NCBI GenBank assembly: GCA_965153285.1
Contig: OZ229116.1
Origin: Podarcis tiliguerta
Taxonomy: Eukaryota
Direction: 5' to 3' (one strand)
DNA length: 64,000 nt
A program made the translations under genes and the position numbers. Below, one piece after another: positions 13,399 to 26,601 of the stretch. The notes below the pieces were generated by a model. The model was not told where the DNA came from. It did not search any database and saw only the letters and a program-made list of their open reading frames with translations. Every line of letters starts with the position of its first letter. The stretch's first letter is position 1.

Positions 13399-14129
13399 GG
13401 AAAGTGTCGATCACCTTTTCTACCTGGGCAGTTATATTTCCACAAGAGCCAACATCAATGACGAAATCCAAGCATCTACTGAGCTCCGCAAGTGCAGCTT
13501 TCTCTCGATTGAAGCTCAGAGTGTTTGAGGATAGGGACATTCGCAGGGAAACCAAAATGCTTGTTTACAAAGCTATTGTACTACCAACTTTACTATCAGT
13601 TTGTGAAACATGGACTACTTATAAACGCCATCTCCAACTCCTTGAAAGATTCTATCAGTTGTGTCTCCGAAAAATTTTACACGTCACTTGGGAAGGCAGG
13701 TGAACTAATGTCAGTGTACTGGAAGAAGCAAAGATCACCAGTGTTGAAGCAATAATTCTTCAGCATCAACTGTGTTGGACTGGTCATGTTGTTCGGATGT
13801 CTTGGTTATCGTCTTCCAAAGTAACTACTCTATTCCCAGACTCTCTCAAGGCAATTTTTAAAAAAATGTAACATAAGCACTGATAACTGGGAAACACTGG
13901 CCTGTAAGCGCTCCAACTGGAGACCGCCTTTACCAAAGGTGTCATGGATGTAAAGGAGAAACAAGCTAAGAACCCTCACCATGATCAACTCCTGCCTGGA
14001 AACCTTATGTCCCCACTGTGGAAGGGCGTATGGATCCAGAATTGGCCTCCACAGTCACTTACGGACTCCCTGTTAAGACTGTGTTCATGGAAGACAATCT
14101 TACTCGGTGACGAGTGATCGCCAAAGAAG
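13399..14129 (+). mobile_element. 5'-truncated RTE-clade LINE
   Basis: Encodes SASAAFSRLKLRVFEDRDIRRETKMLVYKAIVLPTLLSVCETWT...CLRKILHVTW (RTE ORF C-terminal region). GAAGAA tail; 11-bp TSD AAAGGGCACTT at 13388-13398 and 14130-14140. Confidence 0.9.
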
Positions 14130-14511
14130 AAAGGGCACTTAATGAAAGGCATCCAATGAGACCTTTCCAGCCTTGCTGTGAGAGAAATGCAGTGAGGCAG
14201 CAAACAGGTTTGAGAGTTTGGAAAGGCATGTTACAAAGTGATATTGCCAGGAATACAATAGTGTCAAAGGTGTGTGGAATTGGGCTCCAAAGAAACCAAC
14301 CTGTTTTCTAATTTTATTTTATTTTATTGGAAATTAGCTTTGTTTGCTGAGCACAGCTGAGGGGCATTTGTGTTTGCCAATCAGTAGTTTTCATACTTAC
14401 TAATTAATGTTCAAACAGAAAGGTGACGTCTAACCTATTGTGCCCGGAAAGCATGCATCTTCCCATGGGAGTGTTTGTGGATAGGGAAGGTGAAGGTGCA
14501 TTTGACAAGAA

Positions 14512-14537
14512 ACACACACACACACACACACACACAC
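14512..14537. repeat. (AC)n microsatellite
   Basis: Direct reading. Confidence 0.95.
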
Positions 14538-14951
14538 TCAGAAATAATAAATTGTTATAGGGAAGAGGGAGGGGATTAGTTTTCCATCCATGTCATTGGG
14601 TCCACCCTGCAGAAAGTGAATGGTGAAATGCATTTTGACAGGAAAGACTTCCTGACTGGAATTGCTTGGAATATTACTTTTCTTCCCCACTGCAAATTTT
14701 ATACCCCTTTCATAACATAAACTACTTAGTTCTCTCTCTCTCTCTCTCTCGGTGTGCAATGGTTTCCTACAGCAAAAACTAAAATTTCATACTTCAGACC
14801 CACATTTCATATACTATGAGGCATGCACAAAAAATAAAAAGAAATGGCAGTATGCTGTTGAGTATGAAGCTAACATATTCTTCAGCGCTGTCCTATTTGT
14901 TATAGAAGTTGTGCTTTCTGAGAACATGCTGTATCACAATATAACTAGACA

Positions 14952-15263
14952 CAGGGATGTAGGAAGGGGGGTGCAGCCCGCCCCGGGTGTCATCCCTGAG
15001 GGGATGTCAGAATGGCACACCGTGGGGGTGGCACTTACCGCGGGGCCTGGCCTGCAGCGTGCCCAAACCACACGTCTCTGCCGTTTCAGGCAGCGTGGGG
15101 CTTGTGTCTGCCTGGCGGACTCCTGCCCACAGAGGCGGATTGCCACAGCACCCTCCCCTGGGTGGATCGCTGCAGCGCCCCCGTGCAAGGATTGCCCCGC
15201 CTCCATGGGCAGATTGCCCTGCCCCCACCACTCCGGGTGCCGGAGCAGCTAGCTACGCCCCTG
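14952..15263. mobile_element. GC-rich hAT-type non-autonomous DNA transposon
   Basis: Imperfect TIRs CAGGGATGTAG / CTACGCCCCTG; 8-bp TSD ACTAGACA (14944-14951) / ATTAGACA (15264-15271). Confidence 0.8.
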
Positions 15264-18200
15264 ATTAGACATATAACTGGCAGATTAGAGCCATGTGTGA
15301 CCTTAGGTCAGCATTTTTTTCCTTTTTCCTTTTGGTGTGCATAAACATCCATACTGTATAATAAGAACAATCCTAAGTATAAGAAGCTAGCAGACCTTAA
15401 AGTGCTTTAACTTTAACTGGCGTAAATTGCCTCATTCCAAACTCTGTCTGGGAACAAGGGCTACTCCTGGCTAAGCTAGCTTGATCTTGGCAGAGGGAAA
15501 GCAAGCATTTAAAATAAGAGTTGGGCGTACACCATCCTTTTTACTATTGTAAGCTCCACTGGGTTGTCATATCACATGACCAAGCTGAGCTGAGTTTGGA
15601 TCTAGCATAAGTCTCTCTTCCTGGCCCCATCCCTGCCACTCCTGCTGTATGCCCACTTTTGGAGGCTTACTCCACCATAAGATCGTGATTCTGTCAGCTG
15701 AACAGTGTGTCTCTTTCTGAGCCCGGATGTTGGGCTTATGCTGGTGTAGTCTGGCTGTGCTGGGAACTCGATAACTAAGCCAGAGTTCTACCAGATCCTA
15801 ATTCCCTTGTCCATGTGGATGTCCGGTTACTGCCCTCTCAGACATTATAGGATTGTGGTCAAGCAGGAGGCAGATGGATGCCAACAAACTTTGCAAACTG
15901 CTACTGATCTTGACTCTTTGGTCTGTATCTCCATCATAGACACCATCATTCTGAACCAATATAATGCTATTTAAATAGCAAATAAAATATTCATGAAAAT
16001 GGTAGTCAGGTTTCTTTTTGGGGGTAGTGGTGGGGAAACCTGTTGGAAATGTTCAGTTTCTAAAATTATGAGATATTTTTCTATCCAGCTCCCACAAATT
16101 ATACTTGTTCAGCCTATGTCTACATTTTCTACAATTCTCTTTTTCAGCTCACAGGTGACTATTGTTTTAATCTTGGAAAGTATCAGTTGTAGAAGAAAAG
16201 GGTTATTATTCTATTTATATCTTGTAGCAACAGTACTGTAACAGTTACTAACAACATAGTGCTTCAGAGTTGCATGGAGATATTTCAAAATATTATGCAG
16301 CAGCAGTTTTGAGCTTAATTGTCTGCAGATGGTGGATAATCTCCTTTCCTCACTCATTGCCACATATCTAACTGCACCCAGGCTGTTCTGTGTAATTTAC
16401 AAGCTTTCATATGATTCTTTCACACAATTTTCTGTGGGTTTTTTCTTTTCTCCACTTCCCAGATGTTATATGCTGGAACTGACCTTTTAAAAGTTGTTTT
16501 ATTTCCCCACCCTAGCGTAACGTATATAACAAGGTTAATAATTTAGTGACAATTATTTGTAGAATGGGGAGGGGAGAAATGTTAAACAAATAAGACTGTG
16601 TTAATAATAATTTTAAAATATTTTCTCCATTCTTATGTTCATGAAAGGATACATGCTTACTATGATCTCATGTAATAAACATTAATCAATATGTAGTCAA
16701 ATTTAAGGAGCACATGTAATCTGTGGGAGAAGTCGTAACAAGATTCAATTGGAGCTTCATATTTTGGGATGGTTCTAACCGTGACTCTTGTGAGTCACTC
16801 CTGTATCTGAAGATGCTAATAAGAAGTATCTTATTAGCATGAATAATGTGCAGATGACCCTTAAATCAAAACATTTAGCGTCTTTTTAAACCTTTATTTT
16901 TATTGATTTTTTTCATGTATAGAAATTACAAACAGCCATAAATGAAACTTCAGTAAAAATCATACACATTGTGATTTAAACAGAAAAAACACAAATAAAA
17001 TATGAAGAGATTAAAAGCTAAAATGCTCACAATATACAATGCAAATTTAAGGAAATGGCGGGGAAATTCAAGTATTTCATTGCTGACTGTAAAACACCCA
17101 TTTTATTTTAATATGTTCAGTAAATGGACCCAAGTTTGCACAGAAGCCATCAGGGTTGTTAACTCTTTTGTAATCTAATTGGAAAGGTTAACTTCTTCTA
17201 ACCAAGATGACACCCTAGAAAGAGCAGGGATTTCCACTGTTTATCTATCTCCATCCATCCAGGCAGCAAAGGTATGTTATTTCCCCCGTCAGACTTTCAG
17301 TACAAATGTGTGAAGGGGCCCCTAATGCACTAGTCAGCTAGCCCCACCCCAGAGGCTGGTGTATATGTTGGCTGCACATCCCAGTGTTGTGATATCCAGC
17401 TAGGTTATACTTAGAGCAGGTCCATTGTAATGAATGAACTTAGCTCTGTATTGAGTGACTAATGCTGGATATCACCCCAAATCAACAGATTTTTCAGAAA
17501 TTTATTTGTGGGATAAGTAAGACTGAGATCAGTGAACATGGGTTGAAGACAAGATAAGTCGAAGCTGGTGCAGTCACTCTAGTGGTTTTTTGTTTGTTTG
17601 TTCATTTGTTTATTTGAACAAAATGTTGTGCAAAACTCATCAGGAAGCATCACAGAATATTTAAGGACTGGTTCACATTGCTAAATTCCTCCATGTAGTT
17701 GTGAATATCAGGGTGGACTGTGATCCCCTCGTAGGTCTCTGTGTGATTTGTAATATATTAGCAAACATTTTATTTCTGATTGTTCAACAATAACAATAAA
17801 GTGCCCCCTCCCTATATATAAGGCTGATAACGTAAAGAATGGCTGGGGTAACAAAAATTGAATTTCATGTGGATGAACTGTGAACTCAAAGTCAGTTCTG
17901 GTGCTTGAAACAAATTCCTGTATTCAGCAGGTGCTCCGAGTTCTGTAATTCTATGTCTTTTGCACCTCCTTCCAGTTGATAGATCTTGGGGTTCAAGAGT
18001 AAAGCACAAAGTAGAGTCTGATCCTGAATTCTGACATACTCTGGTGAATGTAGAACTGAATGGAGAAATTTTAGTCAAGACCAAACATTGCTGGTGATTA
18101 GCCTGTAGCCATCCCTGGTGGTTCTGCTTTTTCCAGCAGCCATCATAATATAAATGGCTGTCAGCTCACCTGCACACAGTTAAGTTCACGTTAACTTATA

Positions 18201-18398
18201 TTCAGATGTGTAAACAATCACATGAAGGAATTTATCAATGTAAGTCACTCCTAACAATTTTTTCCCTCCCTTTCTTTCTTTAAATTTCTAAGGAATTGAA
18301 ACAATAACATCTGAACAAGTTGTTTCTTGCTAGCTTAGCTTCAGTCTGGCTTTTTTTTCCCTCATGCATGCTGACCTGGAAATCTTCCTTTGCCTTAG

Positions 18399-18473
18399 CT
18401 GCGATAATCGTGACTCAGCTTACAACACCATACATTCGCATCGCCCCTGCTGCAGGCGACGACCAACTAACAG
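18399..18473 (+). CDS. PTPRM: PTPRM 75-nt in-frame cassette exon in the extracellular stalk: (A)AIIVTQLTTPYIRIAPAAGDDQLT(G)
   Basis: CTGAC branch-point-like motif at 18371, pyrimidine tract, TTAG acceptor at 18395-18398, donor CAG|GTCAGA at 18474. Phase 1/1, matching both flanking exons; no stop. Six CpGs in 75 nt in otherwise CpG-poor DNA. Resembles an insert I recall from PTPRM isoforms. Confidence 0.85.
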
Positions 18474-21222
18474 GTCAGACACTCAAGTATAGACAAGTCA
18501 TCTTACCCATTTCCATCTCGCTTTTTGGGCTTGTTTTCCTCCACATTCTCATCATTCTTTGCTTGTAGCTGGTTTACCACAATGTAGACCTTTTTGAGGT
18601 TCAGCTCTACCTTTGTTTAGCAATTTGCTGGATACCAAATGTTTGGCACCTATATCCAAGAGCGCCAAACAAATTCGCTGCATGTTTCATTTGTGTGTTT
18701 GAGCACTGGGGTCATCCCTTTTAAGCCTAATGTCACAAATACTTTGTCTGTCCTAACATTCCAGCAGCTGACATATTGTTCAGGATTCAATTATATACAC
18801 AAAGTATTCAGATGTATATTTTTTTTTCTGAATTTTTGTAACAAGGCACATGAGTAGTAAACAAACATCTACTTTATGAATTCTAGGATCAGGCAACATT
18901 TTCTCACATGAAAAGTTTTTTTTTTAATTCCACTAACAGCCTGAATGTAGTTAATGTACTATTAAACATACATAGAATTAAATAAATATTTTTTTACATC
19001 CAGATTCTAAAAAGAAAATGGTAGACTGAAATTTCAATCTACATATTTTAAATTTGCATAAATTAATTTTACTGGAAGTTTCTCTTGTTGAGAATTTAAC
19101 AAAAATAATAATAATAATAAATTTAAAACTTGTCTCTAAGGGACTAGAGATGGATAACCTGTGGCTTTCCAAGTTTTGTTTGACTATAGTTAACATCACA
19201 CTGGCAAGGGTTGAATGGAGTTTGATTTCAACATCTTTTGCGCCACATATTCCTACCCCTATTGTATTCAACAAACATTCACAGATGTTTGTGAGAATTG
19301 CAAGGTGCTGCATTCTCAGGGATAAAAAGTTTGTTCAATAGGGATGTAATGTTCCTATTCCCTTATTTATATGGTGTGTTCTACCCCACGGTGACCGATA
19401 TTCATGGAATCCATGTATCCACAGTTTCCAAATAACTTGTGCATGAGCATCCATACATTCTTCTTTCTGAAAAAGCTGGTGGTGCTTCTTAGTGCTTTCT
19501 TGGGTAACAAATTGCACATCCAACTGCCAGTCTTTGAAAGTTCGATGATAATTAAACATCATCTGGTTCCTACAGAAATGTTGCAAAGAATTGTCAAACT
19601 GACAACATTTTCTCCCCATCTCTGCAACAAGTCCCAGTGAGTCCATTCATTGAAGAAGTGAAGTTTATAAGGAATTTAGGGCCCCTTGTCAGTTTACATC
19701 TACTGTGAACAGGCTTTTTCAGTTTAGCAAGCCCTTTTGCAGCAGAGACTAGATAGGGCATATCTTTGCTTAGATTTGAAAAGTTGTGCAAAAGGTGCAA
19801 AGCCTCTTCACTACAGCAGTGAAACAGATAATGGGTTTAAAACCCCATGTCAGTATTGCATCTATGGTTTAAATGTTTCTCTAGACTTGCTTCCAGGTAT
19901 GAGAAGAAGCTTGTCGTTTTCAGCACTGCTTGTTGCAGGCTTTGTACAAAATCTTTGCTAGGTAATGCATGTCCAACTACATCTAATCCCTGCCCCCCAC
20001 TCTGAGAAGCTTTAACAAGAGTTTATGTATCCAGTTGTCAATATTTCCCTCCTTGATGGAAGTGAACATGGGGGTGATTGAAGATATGTAAGGCCAATGG
20101 GATACATATCCTCACCTGCAGAGCTACATTATTCACAACAGAAATAAAACATGGTAAGATTACCACAACATTTCTAGTTGAACCACAATATTTCCAGTTC
20201 TTTGGAATATAAAATATGCTGCACTGCAAGACAGGAGCTAGACCTGTCCCTTCATTATACTTAACACCTCCAAAATTGTCAGTATTACATAAAGTGAATC
20301 TCGATATTCATATTAAGAACAGCAGAAAAATGTATTCATTTGCTTGGTATGTGGAGATATTCACTTGTTGGCTTGTAAAACGTGGTTTTCATTGTGGTAT
20401 TTTTGTGCTAAAGAAGTAATAAAATGCTGGTTTGGATAAGACGCCAGTTGATTCTTACACCCTTTGTGCATCACGTATTTTGGATCAAATAAAACATGGT
20501 ATCCGCCTGATTTAAAGCAAAAAATAAAATGATACTATCCTTGGGGTGTTCCATTGCCAGGTGGAAAGTCCTAGCTGCCCTACCACAGTGCTTCTGCAAA
20601 CCATGTGCATTCCCCATAAAATGCTCTGTCTGCAAGTAGCATGCGAGGCTACTCTTTCAGCAAATCTTTTCCCCTCTTGTATTTTAAAATAGTGAATTTT
20701 CTGCTTGAAGAGGCAGACAGTAGTTGCTAAGCACCTTTAGTGAAACATGATCTAAATTAGTACCACACGGTTTGTTGCTGAGGCAGCTCTCCAGCTCTGT
20801 CAGCTAAACAGATGAATGGTTAGCTGAAACTAGCAGAATTGATTAACAAATGCATATATAATATCTCTGAGAATGAATCCAAATCCACATGCTTTTGCAG
20901 TAACAGCTTTACATTTTTCTTGTAAGTGACAGCAGACTTGAAACCACTAACTCACAAGTGATGTGTAATATTTGCCTGGACTTTCCTTGTGTTAATAAAT
21001 GTATTCTTTAGTTAGGCAACATCACCAATTATCCAGCTAAACCAAAGAGCTGAAGTATATAGTACTATTGACATCTGTAGAATCTACTCATCTGTTGTAT
21101 CATGAGAATCACTTTTGTCATTGTTACTCAAGATAGTTTGGGGATGATCTACCCTACATGGTGATAAATGATGATATTTCCTGCCTGCTTTTATTTCTTG
21201 TATATTCATTCCATGAATATAC

Positions 21223-21358
21223 CAGTGATGACCAAACTTGGCCCTCCAGCTGTTTTGGGACTACAACTCTCATCATCCCTAGCTAACAGGAACAGTGGTC
21301 AGGGATGATGGGAATTGTAGTCCCAAAACAGCTGGAGGGCCAAGTTTGGCCATCACTG
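21223..21358. mobile_element. Palindromic hAT-type MITE
   Basis: Near-perfect inverted arms of about 55-60 bp: CAGTGATGACCAAACTTGGCCCTCCAGCTGTTTTGGGACTACAA... / ...TTGTAGTCCCAAAACAGCTGGAGGGCCAAGTTTGGCCATCACTG. Confidence 0.9.
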
Positions 21359-21567
21359 ATGTATAATAATCGGAGCCTATGTTCCAGTTGTGGCTATTTT
21401 TTCATCATGCTCTTGTTTTTCTTATTTATATCTGGATCCAACAATTTAAATTCTTCTGGGCACTTGTCTCTCAGAGCACCTCCATATCTCACATTTGATC
21501 ATGTTGGCCTTCTGTATACTAATACTTCTGACAACAGTAAGCACATAAAGTCAGAATGACAATTGCG

Positions 21568-22351
21568 TGTCGAGGTCCCCAATCCACCCCCCAAATAACT
21601 CACAACAGACACGTAATTTTTGTTTAAGATTTTTGGCATGATTTTGGCCACAACTTTATTCAAATACAAACCGTGAGTGGTTGTTTAGGCATTGGTTAAG
21701 ACTATCTGTCCCCCCCCCCCCCCCCGGGAACAGAACTGACTTCCGGGCACCACCGAAAGACAGTGCGGGGGAAAGCAAGTCGGGGAGGAATTGGAGCTGA
21801 GACACAGACCCTCAACTCTCACCCGCCTGCTCCCCGAAGGCTTGCCGGCCCTAGTCCCATTCCAGGGATTGGACGAAAAGATGGCAAGCCCCAGGATTCC
21901 TTTAACGGAATTCCCTTTCTGCAGCAACCATGGAGGGGCAGGCACAGCCTATCCTAACCCCTCCTCCGCCAATTTATAACCAATGCCTAACCACAACCTT
22001 ACAAGTTGTGACGATTTGCTACGCAGTAGGCAAAAACCACCCAGCCAGCCAATTTGCCAGGTGGAAAAATTCCTACCAGGCCCCCGCTCAAAGGCAGACG
22101 ACCCCATGACAGGCATAGCAAGGTCAACGCAACAACCCCTTACTCTAGGGTGGGTGGGCGGGTGATCCGTTGCACACAGCAAAAGAGAAAGTACAAGGCT
22201 GCGTGCAGAGTATTTAAACCTTTTACCCCTCCCACCAAAATTGCAACATAACTTTTACCCCAGCAACCCAGTGAACCAATCACTGCCCCAGGCCATCTTT
22301 AGAGACCCTGCCTGGTAACAGAGGGGTGGCTCAGCAGACCCCACCGCAACA
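21568..22351 (-). mobile_element. Solo-LTR-like element (about 780 bp)
   Basis: TGTCG...GCAACA ends; AATAAA on the minus strand near 21655; TTTAAATA TATA-like motif on the minus strand near 22215. CpG-rich compared with its flanks. No clean TSD. Confidence 0.6.
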
Positions 22352-25300
22352 CGTGCTCTCCCTGAAGGAGAACACGCTTTGTCTACTCTTATAAGTTCAT
22401 ATGTGGGGCAGCCACAGCCTAATCAGAGTTCTTAAGAGCATACACACTGGTGTTTAATGATGTGTGTCTGTTGTTCACGCTTAGCAGATACTCTTAGAAA
22501 ACACAACCGCTATGCAAAGTGCAGAGCTCTTCTCAATTGTAGTATCTCAGCCAAGTTAGATAAAGACTTCTGACTGACAGCCTTCATCAGTTGCAAGGCC
22601 TCTCTTTGTCACCAACCTTATTGCCAGTATATCGGCTTCGATTAGAGCTCCAGCATTTGTTACACTGATAGTTCAAAGATTCTGTTTCTCCCCATTCTGC
22701 GGAGCAGAATGTAAAGTGAATGGAAAATGCTCTCCTTTCTGCAACACCAGCTGAATGCATTTTAATAGGCTCCAGTGTCACTTGTGATTTATGGCCCCTT
22801 TTTGTTCTTTTATGTGTTATATTTGTCATTTTTTCTGTGGCAGTTTCATCTATAAAACAGTATTGTTACAAGAAAATGTTAAGAGGATATACGTAGAATT
22901 GCCACAGGAGCTGCTCCTTTTAAGCACCCCCCCTTCCCCTCTGACCCCATCTGCAGGAGCTGATGGCTTCTCCCACCTGCTTTATTTTTGCAGCAAAAAC
23001 ATGGGGTCACATAGGCAGTATTCTCCCTGAATGGGAGTACGTACGCATTAAGCATGTCTGTCAATGTGCAGCACAAATAAATAGCTACATTAAGTGAATA
23101 ATTTAGGATAATAGGAACAGAGCATCTTCTCCTGATGGTGACAGACTCCATAAATACTAAAAGACAGCAAAAGGAACAAACCTGTTCCAATTGTATGCAA
23201 ATAGTGAAGTGATAAGGAATCTTTTCAGTGGTATATTTAGACTGCTCTATCAGTATTTTGAAAAAAGAGCTAGATATTTAATCACAATTACAATAAGAAC
23301 CAGTGGTCAAGAGTTCCAAAACTGAATTCCGTCCTATGATTATCTTTCTGATTGTTGTTCTGATTACTGATGCAGCATGAGCTGCAATTACAGAGCTGTT
23401 GCCAAGATGGCCGCTGCTTTGTTCCATGTCACTGTTAATTATTTCTACGTGTTGCTTTGTTGTTATCATAATTTCAGACTGTACATTGCCTTTTTACTGA
23501 AGTGTGTCTTTTAAATAACCGTTGGTAGTTGATCTATTTTGAATTAATAGAGAGGATGAAGACCTAAAGTTGATTCTATCTTTGGAAGATTACTGGTGCT
23601 CAAGTAAGGCCACATTGTAAGAAAAAAAAATCAAACCCACTTTGCAACCTGAGGAAAAAATTATACAACTGTGCTAATTGTCTCTGTGTGCACCTCAACA
23701 CTGTTTTAGAAGCTTCAGAAGAGATTATTATTATAGTGTAGAAATTCCATTTATGGTTCAGACCTTCAGGTATCACCTCACAATCATTGTAAAACAAAGT
23801 GAATCTGAGTTTTCTTCAAGAAATAAAATAAAATATATGTATACTGTGGGCTGTTTAACTATGAATGTCACTCATTAAGACAAGATTCCAAAAACTGGTT
23901 TTTGAACAAACAGTGGTTCATCCATCATTCACAGAACTAGAACAGACAGTTTTACTCCATTTGATTCTCACCACTGTCATGCTCTGTGAACTAACTTTTA
24001 CTGCAAGGAAACTGCTTTTCTGAATGCACCCTACATTTTTGCTAGTTCCATGTTAGCTATGATGTATGTGTGGCAGCCAAAAGCATTCTAGCATAAGTTT
24101 CTTGGCTGTCTGTTTTCCTTCCTGCCTAATGATTGAGAACTGTTCTATGCAAATGGTAATCTAGTGCAACAAATTCCAGTGCACAGCAAGTTTCCATGGG
24201 TTTATGAAAGCTGGTTGTGTTCTTTGCTTTGAGACACAGGAAATGCATTTTTATGACTATTCATTCAAGTATTTCCAGCTCAAAACTGATTTCAAATTAC
24301 ATATGAAAATCTGATCAAACCATTTCGGTATAATTGCCCATAAGATGTATGCTTTTTAAAAGTTGAACTATTTTAATTCAGGAAAGTAATTCAGAAATAG
24401 TTTAAGCCAACGAATATCTAGAGCACACTTCATTAGATGCATGAAATGTTGTCCTGAGTTACTAGTTTTAATATGCACACATACAAACACAAACATCCCA
24501 GTGTGGGAGGGAGGATTGTAATCAGTAGAACTAAAAGGCCATGACATTTCTGTGCAAAGTTAAAATGTATACAAGATAAGAACAGTGAGCATTCACATCA
24601 ACCATAATTAGTGATAATACAATCATCCTAGCTTTTTATGCTAATTTAACACCTGTAGTGGGGACATGAAAAAACCTTGGTTCCAATTAAGTTTTAAATA
24701 AATACAATTACAAATAGCTAAACTCTAGTTTGGCACTTTAATGCTGGAATTTCTCTCCTCATTTGAAATTCTTTGGCTGAAGAATGATGACCCTTTGGTC
24801 AGCAGCAGTATATCATAAGAGACTGAAATGTTCTTCCTTTAGTTTCTGAATGTCCAGTTATTCCATTCTGTAGAGAGTAGAGACTGACATCGTCTGTTCT
24901 ATGTAGACAGAAGCTAGACATAGTTGGCAGGTAATGTCATATATCATGTCAGAGGAGGCTATTGTGTCATATAATATCATTGTCTGAGTAGATATGGGAA
25001 AAGAGTTAGGGTCTGGGTTTGTAGCATTACTTTGTTCCACCTCAGACAATGATTCAAAATTGAAATAAAACTGTGCCACAAATGCCATTTTAGCTCATTA
25101 TTATGGATAAGTTTTTTAAAAGTTAATTGAGGAAATGTGAGTTTCCATGGGCACAGCAGTGCAGTTTCTATCAAATTTGAAAAGTTTGTGCCATCTGTGT
25201 GGTATAGGCTGGCACTCAGTCTCATTTTAAAAATGTCAGCTTCATTAGCAATTGCAAACACAAGAATAAAAATATGAGCTAATGTCTCAAAAAATGTATG

Positions 25301-25928
25301 GCCTGAAATTAATTTTAGAAACAAATGATATATGTGATACTAATTTCAAAAGCCAATGGTATTTCAGTTACTAAAATAAAATGAGAAAAATATGTTTTTA
25401 TATATAGAAAATAAAACCATTACTTTACATCTCCCCCTTTATAGAGAACCTACACATATAAACAATACATGAAACAAAATTTGAATTTCTGGTCTTTGTG
25501 GTGCTGGACAAGGAGGTTGTCAAGTCAAAATTTCAAAATGTTTAGGTAGATATAAATGAGGGGTCCTATTGTACTCTATGGAGCAAGACTGTTTTGAAAT
25601 GGAGGAATGCAATGAGGGTTTGTCTGTCCTTTTAAACAAGAGAGATACAGCTTTAACAACAACAGATGCATAGCCCTTAAATAACAGATGGTATTGCCTT
25701 CCACAATAACTCGACAACTGATGTGTGTTAAGCAGTGTGTGTGTGTGCGCACGCGCACGGGCGCAACATACACAATTTAAAGGTGGACTGAAAAAGCTAT
25801 ATCTTTTCTGTGAATGTGTATTACTGTTGTCTTGTGTTGCCACGACAAAATGCATCGGGAGAGAGGTGTGGCTCCCACAGAATGTACCCTCCTTTTAATT
25901 TTCCCCATACTAATTTGCTACTAAAGGA

Positions 25929-26601
25929 TGTGAAACTGGACCCACTGCCTCCTCGGTTAGGGCCAGTACCCTCAGCTAGGCATCAGTGTCCTGGGCCAAA
26001 TGGAGACAGCTTGGCAGCACTGATTAGAGAGGGAGGAGAAATGGGACAAAAGTGCAGAATTGGATCCTAAGGAGGGGTCCAGCTCTTTAGGAAGCACTGA
26101 TTAGATGCTGTGGAGGAGCCCAGTGGGTTGTCAGAGGAGAAGCATTGACATTGGATACCCCAACTGCCACAATAGAACCACCTAAGGTGCCGCCTCCTGT
26201 CAATGAAGTGAGGCTAGAACAGACAGTGAGCTGGCCATGTCAACTCTGCCTCCATTGCCAAGGACATGGCACCAACTATGCCAGAACGAGCAGACTCGTC
26301 CTACTCGTAGGAGTGCCTCCTTGCTTGTTCAGTCCTCAGGCTCAGGAAAACGACAGTGCAAATGACTGTTCCTGCTCTGCTCTTCAGAAGAAGAGCCCGG
26401 GGGCATGTCAGGTGTTGGGACAAGGCCTTAACTTATGCCTAGCCATGTAATGTAGAGCTCTGCTGTAACTTCTTAACCATGTAGACTGTAACTTGATCTG
26501 TGTTTGGGTGCTATAGTGAATTCTGGAATAAAGCCTTTAATAATAATAAACGAGTTGAGAGTCCAAGTACTGAGTTCATGAGTCAAGTCAGGGTCAGGAC
26601 A
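25929..26601 (+). mobile_element. Old solo-LTR-like element
   Basis: TGTGA...GGACA ends; AATAAA at about 26527; purine/proline-rich coding-like first half. TSD not preserved. Confidence 0.5.

Noticed and set aside
14752-15344. Cluster of overlapping 74-166 aa ORFs
   Set aside because: They arise from a GC-rich hAT-type MITE with few stop codons; no splice or protein-family support.
21223-21358. Pre-miRNA-like long hairpin (also 57705-57841)
   Set aside because: Multi-copy palindromic MITEs; the copy at 57705 has an 8-bp TSD. There is no evidence of processing.
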